A DNA stretch of 64,000 nt from Macrostomum lignano (GCA_002269645.1 NIVC01000866.1:262441-326440), one strand, 5' to 3'; shown: positions 47,281 to 60,990, counted from the first letter of the stretch. A program made the numbers and translations. The notes: a model not told the origin generated them from the sequence alone.

Positions 47281-49912
47281 GGAATTAATTTGCTTATAAA
47301 ACTCATCCTGCCGCTGTCTCAGCCGCTGCAAGTCCCTCCGCAGATGTTCAGTTCCGTTGTCAACCAAAAATAAACAAGCAAAATCTAAACTATCAGATGC
47401 TCCAGCTTTCAATGAACAGCCTATATAAATATATTTCTTAATAAGTTCACTGCTCCTCGCTCACCAGTAGTTTGTCTTTAGGCCACGGTTTAGTAGCGAG
47501 TAACGGGCATGACGAATATAATTTGTGTAATGCATAGATTTTTGCTAAGTTAAAATTTGTTCAACATCGCCTCTGTTGCTTGTTGAGCCCCCGCACTCCC
47601 TCAGTTACCTGAACACAATTTTTTTCTGTCTTTTAGTTCCTTTCTCCATGCTGTGACTGTAGATGGTTATGTCCCTAACTGCTTTACTGGCAGTAGTGTC
47701 GTACAAACTTTATAATCTATCGCACCCGAGTGTGACTCCATTGCTTGTTCTGTTTCATACTTCAGGCAACACCAATTCCAGCGGCAGTGGTTTTCCTTTA
47801 ACTGCTCGATTTTGTCAATTTATGTTTATTTCAGTGCAAATTTCCTGCTTGTCTACTTATTAGTAGTACCGGATAGAAAATATGCTGTTTGTATCAATGC
47901 TTCAATTCCTTAATAATTTATAATTATAGATTTCGGTTATCAAAACTTTTTTGTCCCGCTTTACTCCAACAAAGACAACGCTTATTGCCTCACTGCTAAC
48001 CGCTTCTGTGCGGACTTAACTTCTTTTAACAACTGGCTTAGTATTAGTCAAGGGGCAGGTGTTAAATGTTATTAATCGCTGATGTGCCAGCCAACCAGCC
48101 GTAATATTGTCAGCCCCCATGAAACTGTCTGTCCTTCAGGTGCTTCAGTTTATTTTTTCAATCATTATTATCGACCCACTTCTCCGTCTCTTGCGCGTGT
48201 TTTTACTCTGGGCTTGAGTTTGGCCCCAAGAGGAATTCTTACCTGTCTGGCTATAAACATCTATACTCGATGTTTTAACTGAGATTGATTTATACTGTTA
48301 ACGAATCAGTTATGTACTTTGGTTAATAGAAAAATACACACTACTGCAAACTGGACACATATTGTACCCTAAATATTGTAACTGTATCGCTTTTTGAGTT
48401 ACTAATCGGCTAACGCAAATTTAAGGATATGATCGTACAAATTTGTTTTATTTCTTGTATTTAATACCTGTACATGTATCAAGGTTACCTGATATAATTG
48501 AGCCCGTGTGAAAGCGCCTTATCGCGCCAATGTACATGTACTGTATATGTTCGGGTTACCTGAAGTCTCAAGCAGTATAAACATGTACATATACATGTGT
48601 GCCCAGCCAATAATTGCTGTTTGCGTGACCCACTGTTCTGGCTGATTTCCATATTCATACTGTACTGTACATGTACATATGCGTTAAAGGGCATCAGAAG
48701 TAAAATTTATACGGTTAAAAAAGTACATGTACATGTATATTAATATTAGTACATTATACACGAGTACAGCTACATGTACATATACTTAAACAGGCAGTTA
48801 TTAATTTATAAACCCACACTGTTGTTAATACTCACAAAAGGCATTTATAGCTTAACTTCATGTTTTGATATTAGGCATATTTGTAGTAAAAAAGTTAATT
48901 TTGCATTTAGGTATTTAATCCACTATTATAGGTATATTTCTATTTTAATGAGTATTGTTTCTGCATACTGTACATACCGATACCCAAGGACTTCTAGACT
49001 AGACACTGTGCTCTAGACTAGACTTCTAGACTAGAAGTCCTTGCCGATACCGTGTACTTATATACACAGAGATATTGCACATTACAACCTATATAATATA
49101 AGATAGCAGAGTAACATGTTTGTGCATTGCTAAATTCAAGGAACAGTAATCTTTACTAACCCAGATTAAATGCAATCATTGATTATAAGGATGAAAGAAT
49201 ATGATTTTTTCCAATCTCCGCGTTGTCTTTTTTCCCATGAAATTGTATCAAAAATCACACAAACTTTGCAGCTAGTAGTTTACGTCCGATCCTGTAAACC
49301 AGTGGTCCTTGATGTGTAAACTGTAAAAGAACTCGTCATTTTTGTACACTGTGCTCTGGAATGAAAGAAAAAAATCTCGCAATATTTAAGCGATTTTTGT
49401 CGCGCGTTATTTCACAGAATACCTCTTTGTGATATTCTGTGGGTTATTCAGACAAATATCTGAATATCTCTCACATATCTTAAGACATCTCAAGCAAGCC
49501 TTGGATGAGTACAGAGAACCTATCCATTCATTTTAAATCGAAAATCTCATTATGAAACTTATTACTAATTATAGCCTTCCTATTATTCAAATCAACAACA
49601 GGGCTTGGTATAATCTAAGGATGTCAATTGCCATTCGTCTTGCTGTTTAACGGTGTGGCCTGTTGGCCTTAATTTAAACAAAGTTATCTGGATAGTCATT
49701 CCAAGCTCGAAACTGAAGCTTTTCCCAACAATATACAAACCAATTAAATTCAAATTTTATTGAACTTGCATAAACGATTAAATACTTGTTACAATGCAGA
49801 AGTGCGATAAATAATTTATTTTGTTCAAAAATCGACGATAGTTTTTCGACCGACCATTTATTACTGTATGAAAGAGCAGACTGCTGTGTTTTTTACTTTA
49901 ACGAAAGAAAGA

Positions 49913-52900
49913 ATGAACTATGACAGACCTACATACCGGCCACCATCCGAACAAGTAAGAAGAACATGATTATATGGAATAAAATGCACTATCAAGCCTT
50001 TTTTAATTTCAGGAGGTTCGGGGACTACTTTCTCTTTGATTTCATTTTGACTTTCCTAACTCACCTTACCTTACTTGTAATTTAACTTGTTGTAATAGTT
50101 GTAATGGTTCAAACACGCAATGCCAAAATCACGAGTATTTTTTGGTTTGTCATTTAACACATTTTTAAATTTACTTATCCCAAAAAATTATTATTTAGAT
50201 TAACTGCCGCCTACTTTTATTAGTTACTGTATGAGCAAAAATATCTACGCTCATATGAAGTACCACTTGAAAGAAAATTATTTCAGATAACATGAACTAC
50301 TTTCTGAATAAATTTCAAGTCTCCCTTTATAACAAAAGTTCCCAACGTTCAAAAGCTTATTTTAGTTTTTAAAAGCCAACAGAAAATTCAGACTTAACTA
50401 AAGCTAAACAAAAAATCAACCCTAGAAAATTAAATATTTTGCTTAGTTTCTTTGTGTTCATTAATTTTCCTGTAGTTAATAATAATGCTACAAAATATTA
50501 ATCAAATGTTCAATGTATTTATAAGTACAAGTTGTAATTTATAATGCATTCAAAACACACTTAGCTAAATAAAACACTTTACTAAAAACACATCAGCTGA
50601 AGTTTACTTTTTTTTATCTTATGCAATGGATTGCACTATTAAACTTATATTTACTAAATTAATATGAATGTCGAAAAAAACTAAGATGCAATTTCGTTTG
50701 CAGTTGGTCGATCTTCACATCTATGTTGTGCCGGCTTACCTGTGGCACGACCGTCTTCGCAGTGCCTTTAACCAAGTGATTGGAGAGAGCGTATCTGCGG
50801 GTTTCGTTAGGTGATTTAAATATTTCTGCCAAATTTGTTTAACTATATTCTTTGAAATATTGCTTCAATCTTGCCAAACTTTCTTTCTCATTGCAGAGTC
50901 CCACCAGACATTCATTTGGATCATTTGCGAAGCGAAATTGAAAAACAGTTGGGCTTTGAAGTTGTACCAAGAAGTTTTGTCTATTGCAAGAGCGTGGGGC
51001 GGTGCCTTACTCAGGTAAAGTCAATTTCTTGAGCTGTAAATGTGACACCCTGTAGCCCGTAACAGTATGTTGTGACAGTGTCTATTGCTTTGTGACAGTG
51101 TCTATTGCTTTGTGACAGTGTCTATTGCTTTGTGACAGTGTCTATTGCTTTGTGACAGTGTCTATTGCTTTGTGACAGTGTCTATTGCTTTGTGACAGTG
51201 TCTATTGCTTTGTGACAGTGTCTATTGCTTTGTGACAGTGTCTATTGCTTTGTGACAGTGTCTATTGCTTTGTGACAGTGTCTATTGCTTTGTGACAGTG
51301 TCTATTGCTTTGTGACAGTGTCTATTGCTTTGTGACAGTGTCTATTGCTTTGTGACAGTGTCTATTGCTTTGTGACAGTGTCTATTGCTTTGTGACAGTG
51401 TCTATTGCTTTGTGACAGTGTCTATTGCTTTGTGACAGTGTCTATTGCTTTGTGACAGTGTCAATTGCTTTGTGACAGTGTCTATTGCTTTGTGACAGTG
51501 TCTATTGCTTTGTGACAGTGTCTATTGCTTTGTGACAGTGTCTATTGCTTTGTGACAGTGTCTATTGCTTTGTGACAGTGTCTATTGCTTTGTGACAGTG
51601 TCTATTGCTTTGTGACAGTGTCTATTGCTTTGTGACAGTGTCTATTGCTTTGTGACAGTGTCTATTGCTTTGTGACAGTGTCTATTGCTTTGTGACAGTG
51701 TCTATTGCTTTGTGACAGTGTCTATTGCTTTGTGACAGTGTCTATTGCTTTGTGACAGTGTCTATTGCTTTGTGACAGTGTCTATTGCTTTGTGACAGTG
51801 TCTATTGCTTTGTGACAGTGTCTATTGCTTTGTGACAGTGTCTATTGCTTTGTGACAGTGTCTATTGCTTTGTGACAGTGTCTATTGCTTTGTGACAGTG
51901 TCTATTGCTTTGTGACAGTGTCTATTGCTTTGTGACAGTGTCTATTGCTTTGTGACATATGTATCATTTCAAAACAGATTCAACCCGCATTGCTTCAGGT
52001 TCGGGGTCACCAGGAGCAAGAAATGAAGGTGAAGCACTTTCTGCCACCTCACGTAAGTTTTGTCGAAAGTAGTCCAAAGTTCATATTTCTGGTTAACCAT
52101 TAGCCTTACAGAGCTCTCACTGCCACTGTTCCCTAGGCCTACTGCCCTGAGATATTCGTGCTTGACTCCGAGGTGGCCAGACGATCCCAGACCAGCTCAA
52201 ACGGTTCCATGGCCTCCAACAGGTCCAACAACACTGAACAGAGCAGTAATGAGCAAATTGAATGAGTTTTCATTTCAATAAGAGTGCATGCAGTCTCCTC
52301 GAATAATGAAAATTTAACCACACGGAACTGTTGAAATTTTTCAGGCAGTCGCTCAGGCTTCCACAAGCGGCTGAACCAGACAAGTAAGAGGGGTCAAGGA
52401 CGTCCCAGCTGATGGTCCTTGGAATCGATTTCCTACATTTTTATTTTTACAAAGAAATCAACTTCTTTCCAGCCGTCTATCACGGAAAAGCGCCGCAGGT
52501 GACGCAGAAGGGAGGAACTGGAGTTTACATTGGGCCCTACCCGATGCAGAGCTACCCGGGACTGAACTCACGGCCTGGCACCGCCGGCAGTGAGTCTCCT
52601 GCAGCCTCTGACCCTGTTCTCGTCTCATCGCATCTCATCTCATCTCATTCCATCTCATCTCATCTCATCTCATGATCTCATCTCATCTCATCTCTTCTCA
52701 TCTCATCTCATTTCATCTCATCTCATCTCATTTCATCTCATCTCATCTCATCTCTTCTCATCTCATCTCATTTCATCTCATTCCATCTCATCTCATTTCA
52801 TCTCATCTCATCTCATTTCATCTCATCTCATCTCATCTCATCTCATTTCATCTCATTTCATCGCATCTTATCTCATCTCATCCTAACACATCTTATCTCA

Positions 52901-55900
52901 CCCATCTCATCTCAACTGATTTCATCTAATCTAGTATAATCTAATCTATTTTCATTTCATCTCATCTCATCTCATCTTATTTAATCTCATCTTCTCTCCT
53001 CTCCTCTCCTTTCACCTCCTCTAATCCCCTCTACTCTGATCATTGTTCATCTATATCTATTCGTCAAATTGTCACACATTACATATCAGTCAAAATGATT
53101 GTGTTGTGTCCCACTCATAATGAATTTGCCCTCCTCTCGAATTATTATATAGGCCAAGGTCAGCACGATTCAGGTCTGGACTTGGACGATGACGAGTCCG
53201 AGAGGTTAGTGATAACCTTTAGTCACTAAGACTTTGCTCGCAGTGTGCTTGCCATACTGCATAAATTAGAGAGCTTCCATAACTTTTAGCATTTAGACTA
53301 TCGATAGCAATTATTGCTGACTAATTACCATAGATACTACTTGTCTATGATTGGTTAAAAAGCCAATGCACTACTTAATCAAGCTTACAAGTCGGCCACC
53401 CCGTGGAGTTGACTTGACTAAGTACATTGAATGTACATTGCTTTAGACTACGGGGGCGTCTGATTGACTGGCGGCCAGCCCCACTCTTAGCAGTAATCAA
53501 ATTTATTGATTGGGCCCCCCAAGGCGCAGAGTGTCGCATGCCTGATAATGAGCTTCAGCAGAATGAGAATGACTGACTTGCTCATACTAACAATGCGGCT
53601 AACACCTGCTTGCGCAATAAACAGGGCGGGGCCCTACTCTGACCCAGCTCGACTCTGCGCTCAGTCGTTGACTTTGACGCAACTGCCATCGCTGGCGTCT
53701 GGCTGGCGGCGGCGACAGCGGCAGCCTCGGGTGCCGCGTCAGCGCTTGCTGACTGACAGCGACTTGCCGGCACTGCGCGGTAACGCGACGCCGACAAGTT
53801 GGCCGCTGGCGCAGTGGAGGCCTCGGGCTGCGGCCACATCGCTGGGTCACTGGTGAGACACAGCGCTGTAGGGCTCTGCAGCAGCGTGCTTGAGCACACA
53901 GTGACTGCTGCTGCTGTTGCTGTTGTATGCTGTGACTTTGTGTGTTTCGTTTGCCTTGGTGACAATTCTAAAAATATACTGATGGAGAGAAGAGAGGAGG
54001 TGAGGAGAGAAGTGAAGAAGAGAAAAAAAAGAAAAGAAGAGAGGAGATCAGGAAGGAGAGGAGAGGAGAGAAGAAGAGAGGAGAGGAGAGGAGAGGTGAG
54101 GAGAGAAGAGAAGAGAAGAGAGGAGAGGAGAGGAGAGGAGAGGAGAGGAGAGGAGAGGAGAGGAGAGGAGGAGAGGAGAGGAGATGAGAAGAGAGGAGGG
54201 GAGAGGAGGGGAGAAGAGAGGAGATGAGAAGAGAGGAGAGGAGAGGAGAGGAGAGGAGAGGAGAGGAGAGGAGAGGAGAGGAGAGGAGAGGAGATGAGAA
54301 GAGAGGAGAGGAGAGGACAGGAGAAGAGAGGAGATGAGAAGAGAGGAGAGGAGAGGACAGGAGAGGAGAGGAGAGGAGAGGAGAGGAGAGGAGAGGATAG
54401 GATAGGATAGGAGAAGAGAGGAGAGGAGAGGAGAGGAGAGGAGAGGACAGGAGAGGAGAGGAGAGGAGAGGAGAGGAGAGGAGAGGAGAGGAGAGGAGAG
54501 GAGAGGAGAGGAGAGGAGAGGAGAGGACAGGAGAGGAGAGGAGAGGAGAGGAGAGGAGAGGAGAGGAGAGGAGAGGAGAGGAGAGGACAGGAGAGGAGAG
54601 GAGAGGAGAGGAGAGGAGAGGAGAGGAGAGGAGAGGAGAGGATAGGATAGGAGAAGAGAGGAGAGGAGAGGAGAGGAGAGGAGAGGACAGGAGAGGAGAG
54701 GAGAGGAGAGGAGAGGAGAGGAGAGGAGAGGAGAGGAGAGGAGAGGAGAGGAGAAGAGAGGAGAGGAGAGGAGAGGAGAGGAGAGGAGAGGAGAGGACAG
54801 GAGAGGAGAGGAGAGGAGAGGAGAGGAGAGGAGAGGAGAGGAGAGGAGAGGAGAGGAGAGGAGAGGAGAGGAGAGGACAGGAGAGGAGAGGAGAGGAGAG
54901 GAGAGGAGAGGAGAGGAGAGGAGAGGAGAGGAGAGGAGAGGAGAGGAGAGGAGAGGAGAGGAGAGGAGAGGAGAGGAGAGGAGAGGAGAGGAGAGGATAG
55001 GATAGGAGAAGAGAGGAGAGGAGAGGAGAGGAGAGGAGAGGACAGGAGAGGAGAGGAGAGGAGAGGAGAGGAGAGGATAGGATAGGAGAAGAGAGGAGAG
55101 GAGAGGATAGGAGAGGAGAGGAGAGGATAGGAGAGGAGAGGATAGGAGAGGAGAGGATAGGAGAGGAGAGGATAGGAGAGGAGAGGATAGGAGAGGAGAG
55201 GAGAAGAGAGGAGATGAGAGGAGAGGAGAGGAGAGGATAGGAGAAGAGAGGAGAGGATAGGAGAGGAGAGGATAGGAGAGGAGAGGATAGGAGAGGAGAG
55301 GATAGGAGAGGAGAGGATAGGAGAGGAGAGGAGAAGAGAGGAGATGAGAGGAGAGGAGAGGATAGGAGAAGAGAGGAGAGGATAGGAGAGGAGAGGATAG
55401 GAGAGGAGAGGATAGGAGAGGAGAGGAGAGGATAGGATAGGAGAAGAGAGGAGATGAGAGGAGAGGAGAGGAGAGGAGTGAAGAGGAGGGGAGAAGAGAG
55501 GAGAGCAGTGGAGGGAGGGTAGGGTGTACATATCTTTCAAAATGGCTTTTCTCAATGCCCTATTTATTTCATATTTAACGAGTTAAAACTGTTTTAACTA
55601 CGTTGTTTAGCCCCAGTCGTTTCTATAAACATGGCATCAGATATTTTCTCAAAGCCGCGCATCAATGATACAAATAATTTCAGCTCCAGCCCACGCCACT
55701 TTATCACAAAATCCCCGTTGATCCCCGCACAGAGAGCGGCTGAGGCGACTCGCTGAGGAGGCCAGGCGACTTGCCGAGCTGGAGAGAAGGCAATCAGAGA
55801 TGACAGTTTTAATAGCTAATATTTAAACACGATTACCAACTAACACAATCCGAATATTAACTCCTTTGTATCATCACGTGACACACTAATGCCATCCTTT

Positions 55901-58900
55901 GTTTTAATCACCAGAGATTTAATTGCGCTAAAAATTTACAATCATTAATTGAGCTTTAAACTTTAACAAATTTATAGCAGCCATGATAATTATAAAATCG
56001 AAAAGATGATTATAGAGGCGAATTTCGATTTTCCTCACGACAGGAGAGCCGAAGATGAGGAGAGACGAAGGCGAGAGGAGGAGGAGAGGCGGCGCAGAGA
56101 GGAGGAGGAACGACTCCGCAGGTGAGACAGTTTTGTAGATTAGATTAGATTTCAATAGATTGAATTGGATTAGATGACGTAAGATTAGTTGACTATATTA
56201 GATTGGATCAGACTAAACTAGATTAGATTAAATTAGAGTAGATTTGGTCATATTAGATGAGATTGGGTTAAAATAGACTTGGGCATATTAGATCTCGACT
56301 GAGTATGATTAGATTAGATTAGATTAGATTGGATCAGATAGGATTAGATGAGAGTAAATTATATTAGATTAGATTTGGTCATATTAGAGTAGATTAGATG
56401 ATATTGGGTTAAACTAGACTTGACTAGATTAGATCATAACTAAATATGATTAGATTAGATTAGATTGTATTGGATCAGAAAGGATTAGTTGAGAGTAGAT
56501 TAGGTAAGAATAGATTAGATCAGATTAGATAAGATTAGATTTCATTAGATGAGATGAGATTAGATTAGATTAGATTAGATTTCATTAGATAAGATGAGAT
56601 CAGATTAGATTAGATTAGATTTCATTAGATAAGATGAGATCAGATTAGATTAGATTAGAGTTCATTAGATAAGATGAGATCAGATTAGATTAGATTAGAT
56701 CAGATTAGATTAGACTAGATTACACTAGGTTATATTGCACTTAGCTTTATCATACTTAAAAGCAAAAACCTGCATTAGAGACACAGCTCGATCCAAAAAC
56801 CCTCTTCACAGTCTCAAAAGCAAGCAGGTGCATTCTAAAATGACTCGCAGGCCAGACAAAATTGTCATGGCGACTCTATGTCATGCATTCTCTCTCTTCA
56901 ATAATGAGCACTGATTGTTTGAACTTGCGTGAACAGGTGGGGGCCGAGGCCTGCCTGAGTAGGCGTGCTCTCTCCGCTGCCTGACAATTTTGTGCTGAAT
57001 GAAATGCCGAGGCTGCCTAAAAAAACTGGAAAATTTGCAAGTCAACTTCGGCCTCGCTTTGTTGACAGAAGCCGGGCATTTTGTCTCTAGCAGTCTAGCA
57101 TTGCTTCTAAAAGAGAATGTGGACTATGCGTGGGTTTGACCAGATGTACTTTCCGAATAAATGAAACGGAGTGTTTACCACCCTTTGGCGCCACTGTTTA
57201 CCACCCTATGGCGCCACTGTTTACCACCCTTTGGCGCCACTGTTTACCACCCTTTGGCGCCACTGTTTACCACCCTTTGGCGCCACTGTTTATCACCCTT
57301 TGGCGCCACTGTTTACCACCTTTTGGCGCCACTGTTATCCACCCTTTGGCGCCACTGTTTACCACCCTTTGGCGCCACTGTTATCCACCTTTTGGCGCCA
57401 CTGTTATCCACCCTTTGGCGCCACTGTTTACCACCCTTTGGCGCCACTGTTTACCACCTTTTGGCGCCACTGTTATGCACCCTTTGGCGCCACTGTTTAC
57501 TACCCTTTGGCGCCACTGTTTACCACCCTTTGGCGCCACTGTTATCCACCCTTTGGCGCCACTGTTTACCACCCTTTGGCGCCACTGCTATCCACCTTTT
57601 GGCGCCACTGTTAACCACCTTTTGGCGCCACTGTTATCCACCTTTTGGCGCCACTGCTATCCAACCTTTTGGCGCCACTGTTATCCACCTTTTGGCGCCA
57701 CTGCTATCCAACCTCTTGGCGCCACTGCTATCCAACCTTTTGGCGCCACTGCTATCCACCTTTTGGCGCCACTGCTATCCAACCTTTTGGCGCCACTGCT
57801 ATCCAACCTTTTGGCGCCACTGCTATCCACCTTTTGGCGCCACTGCTATCCAACCTTTTGGCGCCACTGCTATCCAACCTTTTGGCGCCACTGCTATCCA
57901 ACCGTGCTTTTCGCAGACTTGCCGAAGAAGAGGAACGAAGACGGCGAGAACGCGAAAATGAAAATGCCGCCAATAGCGTGAGCGACTTCAAAGTCAAACT
58001 GTAATTCCCTACTCGGAAAATTTGTAGCAATAGTTTTTGTTTTTTTGCAGCTGATTCCAAACCTGCTGATTGAGGAGGCAACCATGATTCACGAACAGGA
58101 GCCGGAAGATCCTCAAGAGAAGCTTCGTCGAGAGCGTAATAAATATTATTTAACTTTTTTTCTCGCATTCTAAGTTGCCTACTTATCAGTAGAGAGTAAA
58201 GAAAATGTCACCCCTAATTAATTCAGGAGAAGAGTTGCTGCAATTGTTGCAGAAAATTCGCGACGACCGCTTGGAGATTGAACGACGGCGCGAGGACCTG
58301 ATGAGGCGGGCGAAGCAGCTGCAGTCTAGGATGCAGAATCTGCGGAATCAGGGTGAGGGAGGCTGGAGCGATGGCTGGTTTCAGGGAGTAGACTATTAGA
58401 CTACTATTAAAAGTCAGCACTCATTTATAATTAGATTTTTAATGTCAGCACTCAATTTTCATTAGACTATTAGTGTCAGCACTCATTTACATGTATAATT
58501 TGATTTTTAGTGTCAGCATTCAATTATCATCAGACTATTAGTGTTCATGTAGTCATACTGGTGGCAAATTACCACTTTTTAATGCACACACGCTTGAGCT
58601 GACAAAATATTTTGAAAGAAATGCATTCAGACACTCAACACTGCAGCCCGCGACATGTGGAAGAAGCGCTACTTTGAGGCGAAAAAGCAGACAGTCCCGC
58701 TGGAGGAGCAGACCAACAAGCTGCGAGAAGAGCTGGAGGCTTATCACAAGCGGATGGTCGGCACCATGACTTCGCGGGTCAAGGAGGGCCGCAATGTTGA
58801 TGCTCCCGACGCTACCCAGCAGGTTTGAAGGGTGCTGCGTTGCTTTGTGATCCCAGATCCTCAGTTGCTGGGCCAGCCTCCCAGATCCTCAGTTGCTGGG

Positions 58901-59743
58901 CCACCACCCTCCCAAATCCTCAGTCACTGGGCCAGTCTTCCGGATCCTCAGTTGCTGGGCCAGCCAAACAGATCCTGAGTTGCTGGGCCACTACCCTCCC
59001 AGATCCTCACTGCTGGGAAAGCTCGGGAAAGCTCGGCAGTAATGTAGTTTTATACAAGCCACCCAGACTCAAACTCCCACCTGTGCCCTACTGCAGCTGA
59101 ACCTGCGCATTCAGGCCACCAGAATGCAGCACGAAATCGAGGAGCTCCAACGCCGAGTCGACGACTCAAAAATGAAACTGACGGCCGAAGTCAAGGCAAG
59201 TCTGGGTGGTTTCTTTGAAAGTGAACAGGAATTTCATGTTTGTTTTCCCGCCAGTAGGAGACCCACCAGCTGTCAACTCTTAGAACTCACCCTTAACCAG
59301 TTGGAATGCGCTACTTTCAAACCAATTAGTCGGATATCAGCCTCACCGCCTCAACCAATCAGCAAGCTCCTCTTCTAGTCTAATTAGTCGCCGCCTCAAC
59401 CAATCAGCGAGCTCCTCTTCCAATCCAATTCACCGCTTCAACCAATCAGCGAGCTCCTCTTCCAATCCAATTAGCCACTGCCTCAACCAATCAGCGAGCT
59501 CCTCTTCCAGTCCAATTAGCCACCGCCTCAACCAATCAGCGAGCTCCTCTTCCAAAGCCAATTTGTCAGTTATAAATCTCACTTCCTTGACCGCTAGCTC
59601 CGTGATTTCCACCCCCTCCCTCCGCACTCCAGCTGAGAACCCAGGCCGAGTCGGAGCTGCGGACAATGAAGTCGGAGCTGACGCAGCGCAAACTGAACTT
59701 GTCTGTCACTCGCAGTCAACAGATGGGTCAGAATTCTGCTTAA
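49913..59743 (+). CDS. SPATA1: Spermatogenesis-associated protein 1 homolog
   Basis: 16 phase-consistent exons: 49913-49954, 50704-50810, 50897-51014, 51999-52052, 52137-52245, 52345-52383, 52473-52589, 53153-53204, 55733-55789, 56044-56121, 57917-57977, 58051-58135, 58227-58352, 58647-58822, 59097-59195, 59633-59743 (476 aa). N-terminus RPPSEQLVDLHIYVVP..SAGFVRV..PEIFVL; C-terminal coiled coil ARDMWKKRYFEAKK..KMKLTAEVKLRTQAESELRTMKSEL, matching recalled SPATA1 motifs. Confidence 0.9.
51071..51957. repeat. Near-perfect 20-bp minisatellite (TGTGACAGTGTCTATTGCTT)
   Basis: About 44 units, with one substitution seen (51463). Confidence 0.98.
52620..53030. repeat. (CATCT)n pentanucleotide microsatellite
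   Basis: SPATA1 intron 7. Confidence 0.95.
53990..55512. repeat. (GAGAG/GAGGA)n polypurine microsatellite
   Basis: 1.5 kb within SPATA1 intron 8. Confidence 0.97.
56140..56725. repeat. Degenerate (GATTA)n microsatellite
   Basis: SPATA1 intron 10. Confidence 0.9.
57172..57901. repeat. 24-bp minisatellite (GTTTACCACCCTTTGGCGCCACT-type, variants GCTATCCAACC)
   Basis: About 30 units ending 15 nt before the acceptor at 57915-57916. Confidence 0.95.
58850..59030. repeat. ~30-bp degenerate repeat (CCCAGATCCTCAGTTGCTGGGCCA)
   Basis: About 5 units in SPATA1 intron 14. Confidence 0.8.
59335..59555. repeat. ~45-bp repeat (CCTCAACCAATCAGCGAGCTCCTCTTCCAATCCAATTAGCCACCG)
   Basis: 5 units in SPATA1 intron 15. 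Confidence 0.9.
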
Positions 59744-60990
59744 AAATCAGTTGCAACGACAACGGAAATGGAATCATGGATTATTTCTGATTTTTCGTTT
59801 TTTTACATACGAGAGTAAATGTACCTAATATTATTAGCATTCCTTGAGTAAAATCTGTACAAAGAGGCCTGAGTAGCCACACTTAAAAAACTGCAGTGCA
59901 GTTAAACCAGCCATTTCTAAGAAAATGATTACAGTTTGTAGAATTTTTTGTAGAGCTTCTAAAACATGTTTCTATAGCCAAAACCCCCGCTTGCTACTTA
60001 GCATTCTCTGTAGAGTAGTGTAGAAAGTACACGCGCTGCGCAGTAATGGGAAAATGTTTTTTTAGATTTATAGATCAGCTATATATAGAGACTTTCTGCA
60101 TCTTGTTAACTCTGTTACAAAATCTGCCAAAGAGCTTCCTTAGTTGCGCTTATCAATAATTTTAGCGCTGCAGACTGCATCACTTCGCTCATTTTAATTT
60201 AGAAATTTGAGTGGTCTATATATATATTTTTTGTTTTAATAAGACTATTTTTCTAATGCAAATAAACGTATAAATTTAAAGTAAGGAAAATAATCCTTGT
60301 CGGAAAACAACACTACTGTTTTACTGTCAATAGTAAGTATAGAAATTGTACTTAGTTAAGAGAACAAGGTTTTGTTTATTGACTGGTTGAAATCACGGGT
60401 TAAATTCAAGTCTATGTAAAAATATTTTAATAAGAAATATAAGCATTGTATGTACAAGGTAATGATATAACTATATAAATGTATTCAGTGCGCCGGGGTC
60501 AGTTTTAGTCAGTACGGTATTGCCATGTTAGCAAATTCTAAGCCAGAGAAGAAAGGAAAGATGCAATAAAAACACTGGATACTGTGCACTTTTGTGTTTC
60601 TCATATAAAATTATAAGATTAGCATTAAATTTCATTGAAGAGAGCTCCTTTTCTCTTGCAGCAAATATCTATCACATGGATAGAATATTTGAAGGCCGAT
60701 TTGTTTTAATGGGGTGTACGGCTCATTTCGTTTCTTAGAAAAAAATTTGAAGGCCTGTTGTACGCCTCAATAACACTGCCAAGACAGGAGCTTTGATTTG
60801 CTTCTGCAAGCATAGCGACAGATTTTCAAAATCGTGTTATTCAAATAAAAATTCACAAAGAAAGTCCTCGATAAACCTTTAAAAGATAATTTTGATTTGA
60901 AGGACATTTCAGTAATAGTTGCGTGAATTTAAAATCGATTCGTTGGTTTCGCGCGCGCACAGAGAATTCATCAATATTCGAATTACTCGA

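Noticed and set aside
47658-48290. AT-rich segments with protein-like translations (e.g. DFGYQNFFVPLYSNKDNAYCLTANRFC)
   Set aside because: Could not build a phase-consistent, stop-free exon chain; left uncalled pending transcript data.
53582-55555. 657-aa minus-strand ORF of SSPLL repeats
   Set aside because: Mostly the (CTCCT)n tract; only the terminal non-repetitive part is kept as a candidate exon.
57130-57981. Three-frame ORFs of 266-283 aa
   Set aside because: Product of the 24-bp intronic minisatellite; only 57917-57977 is exon.
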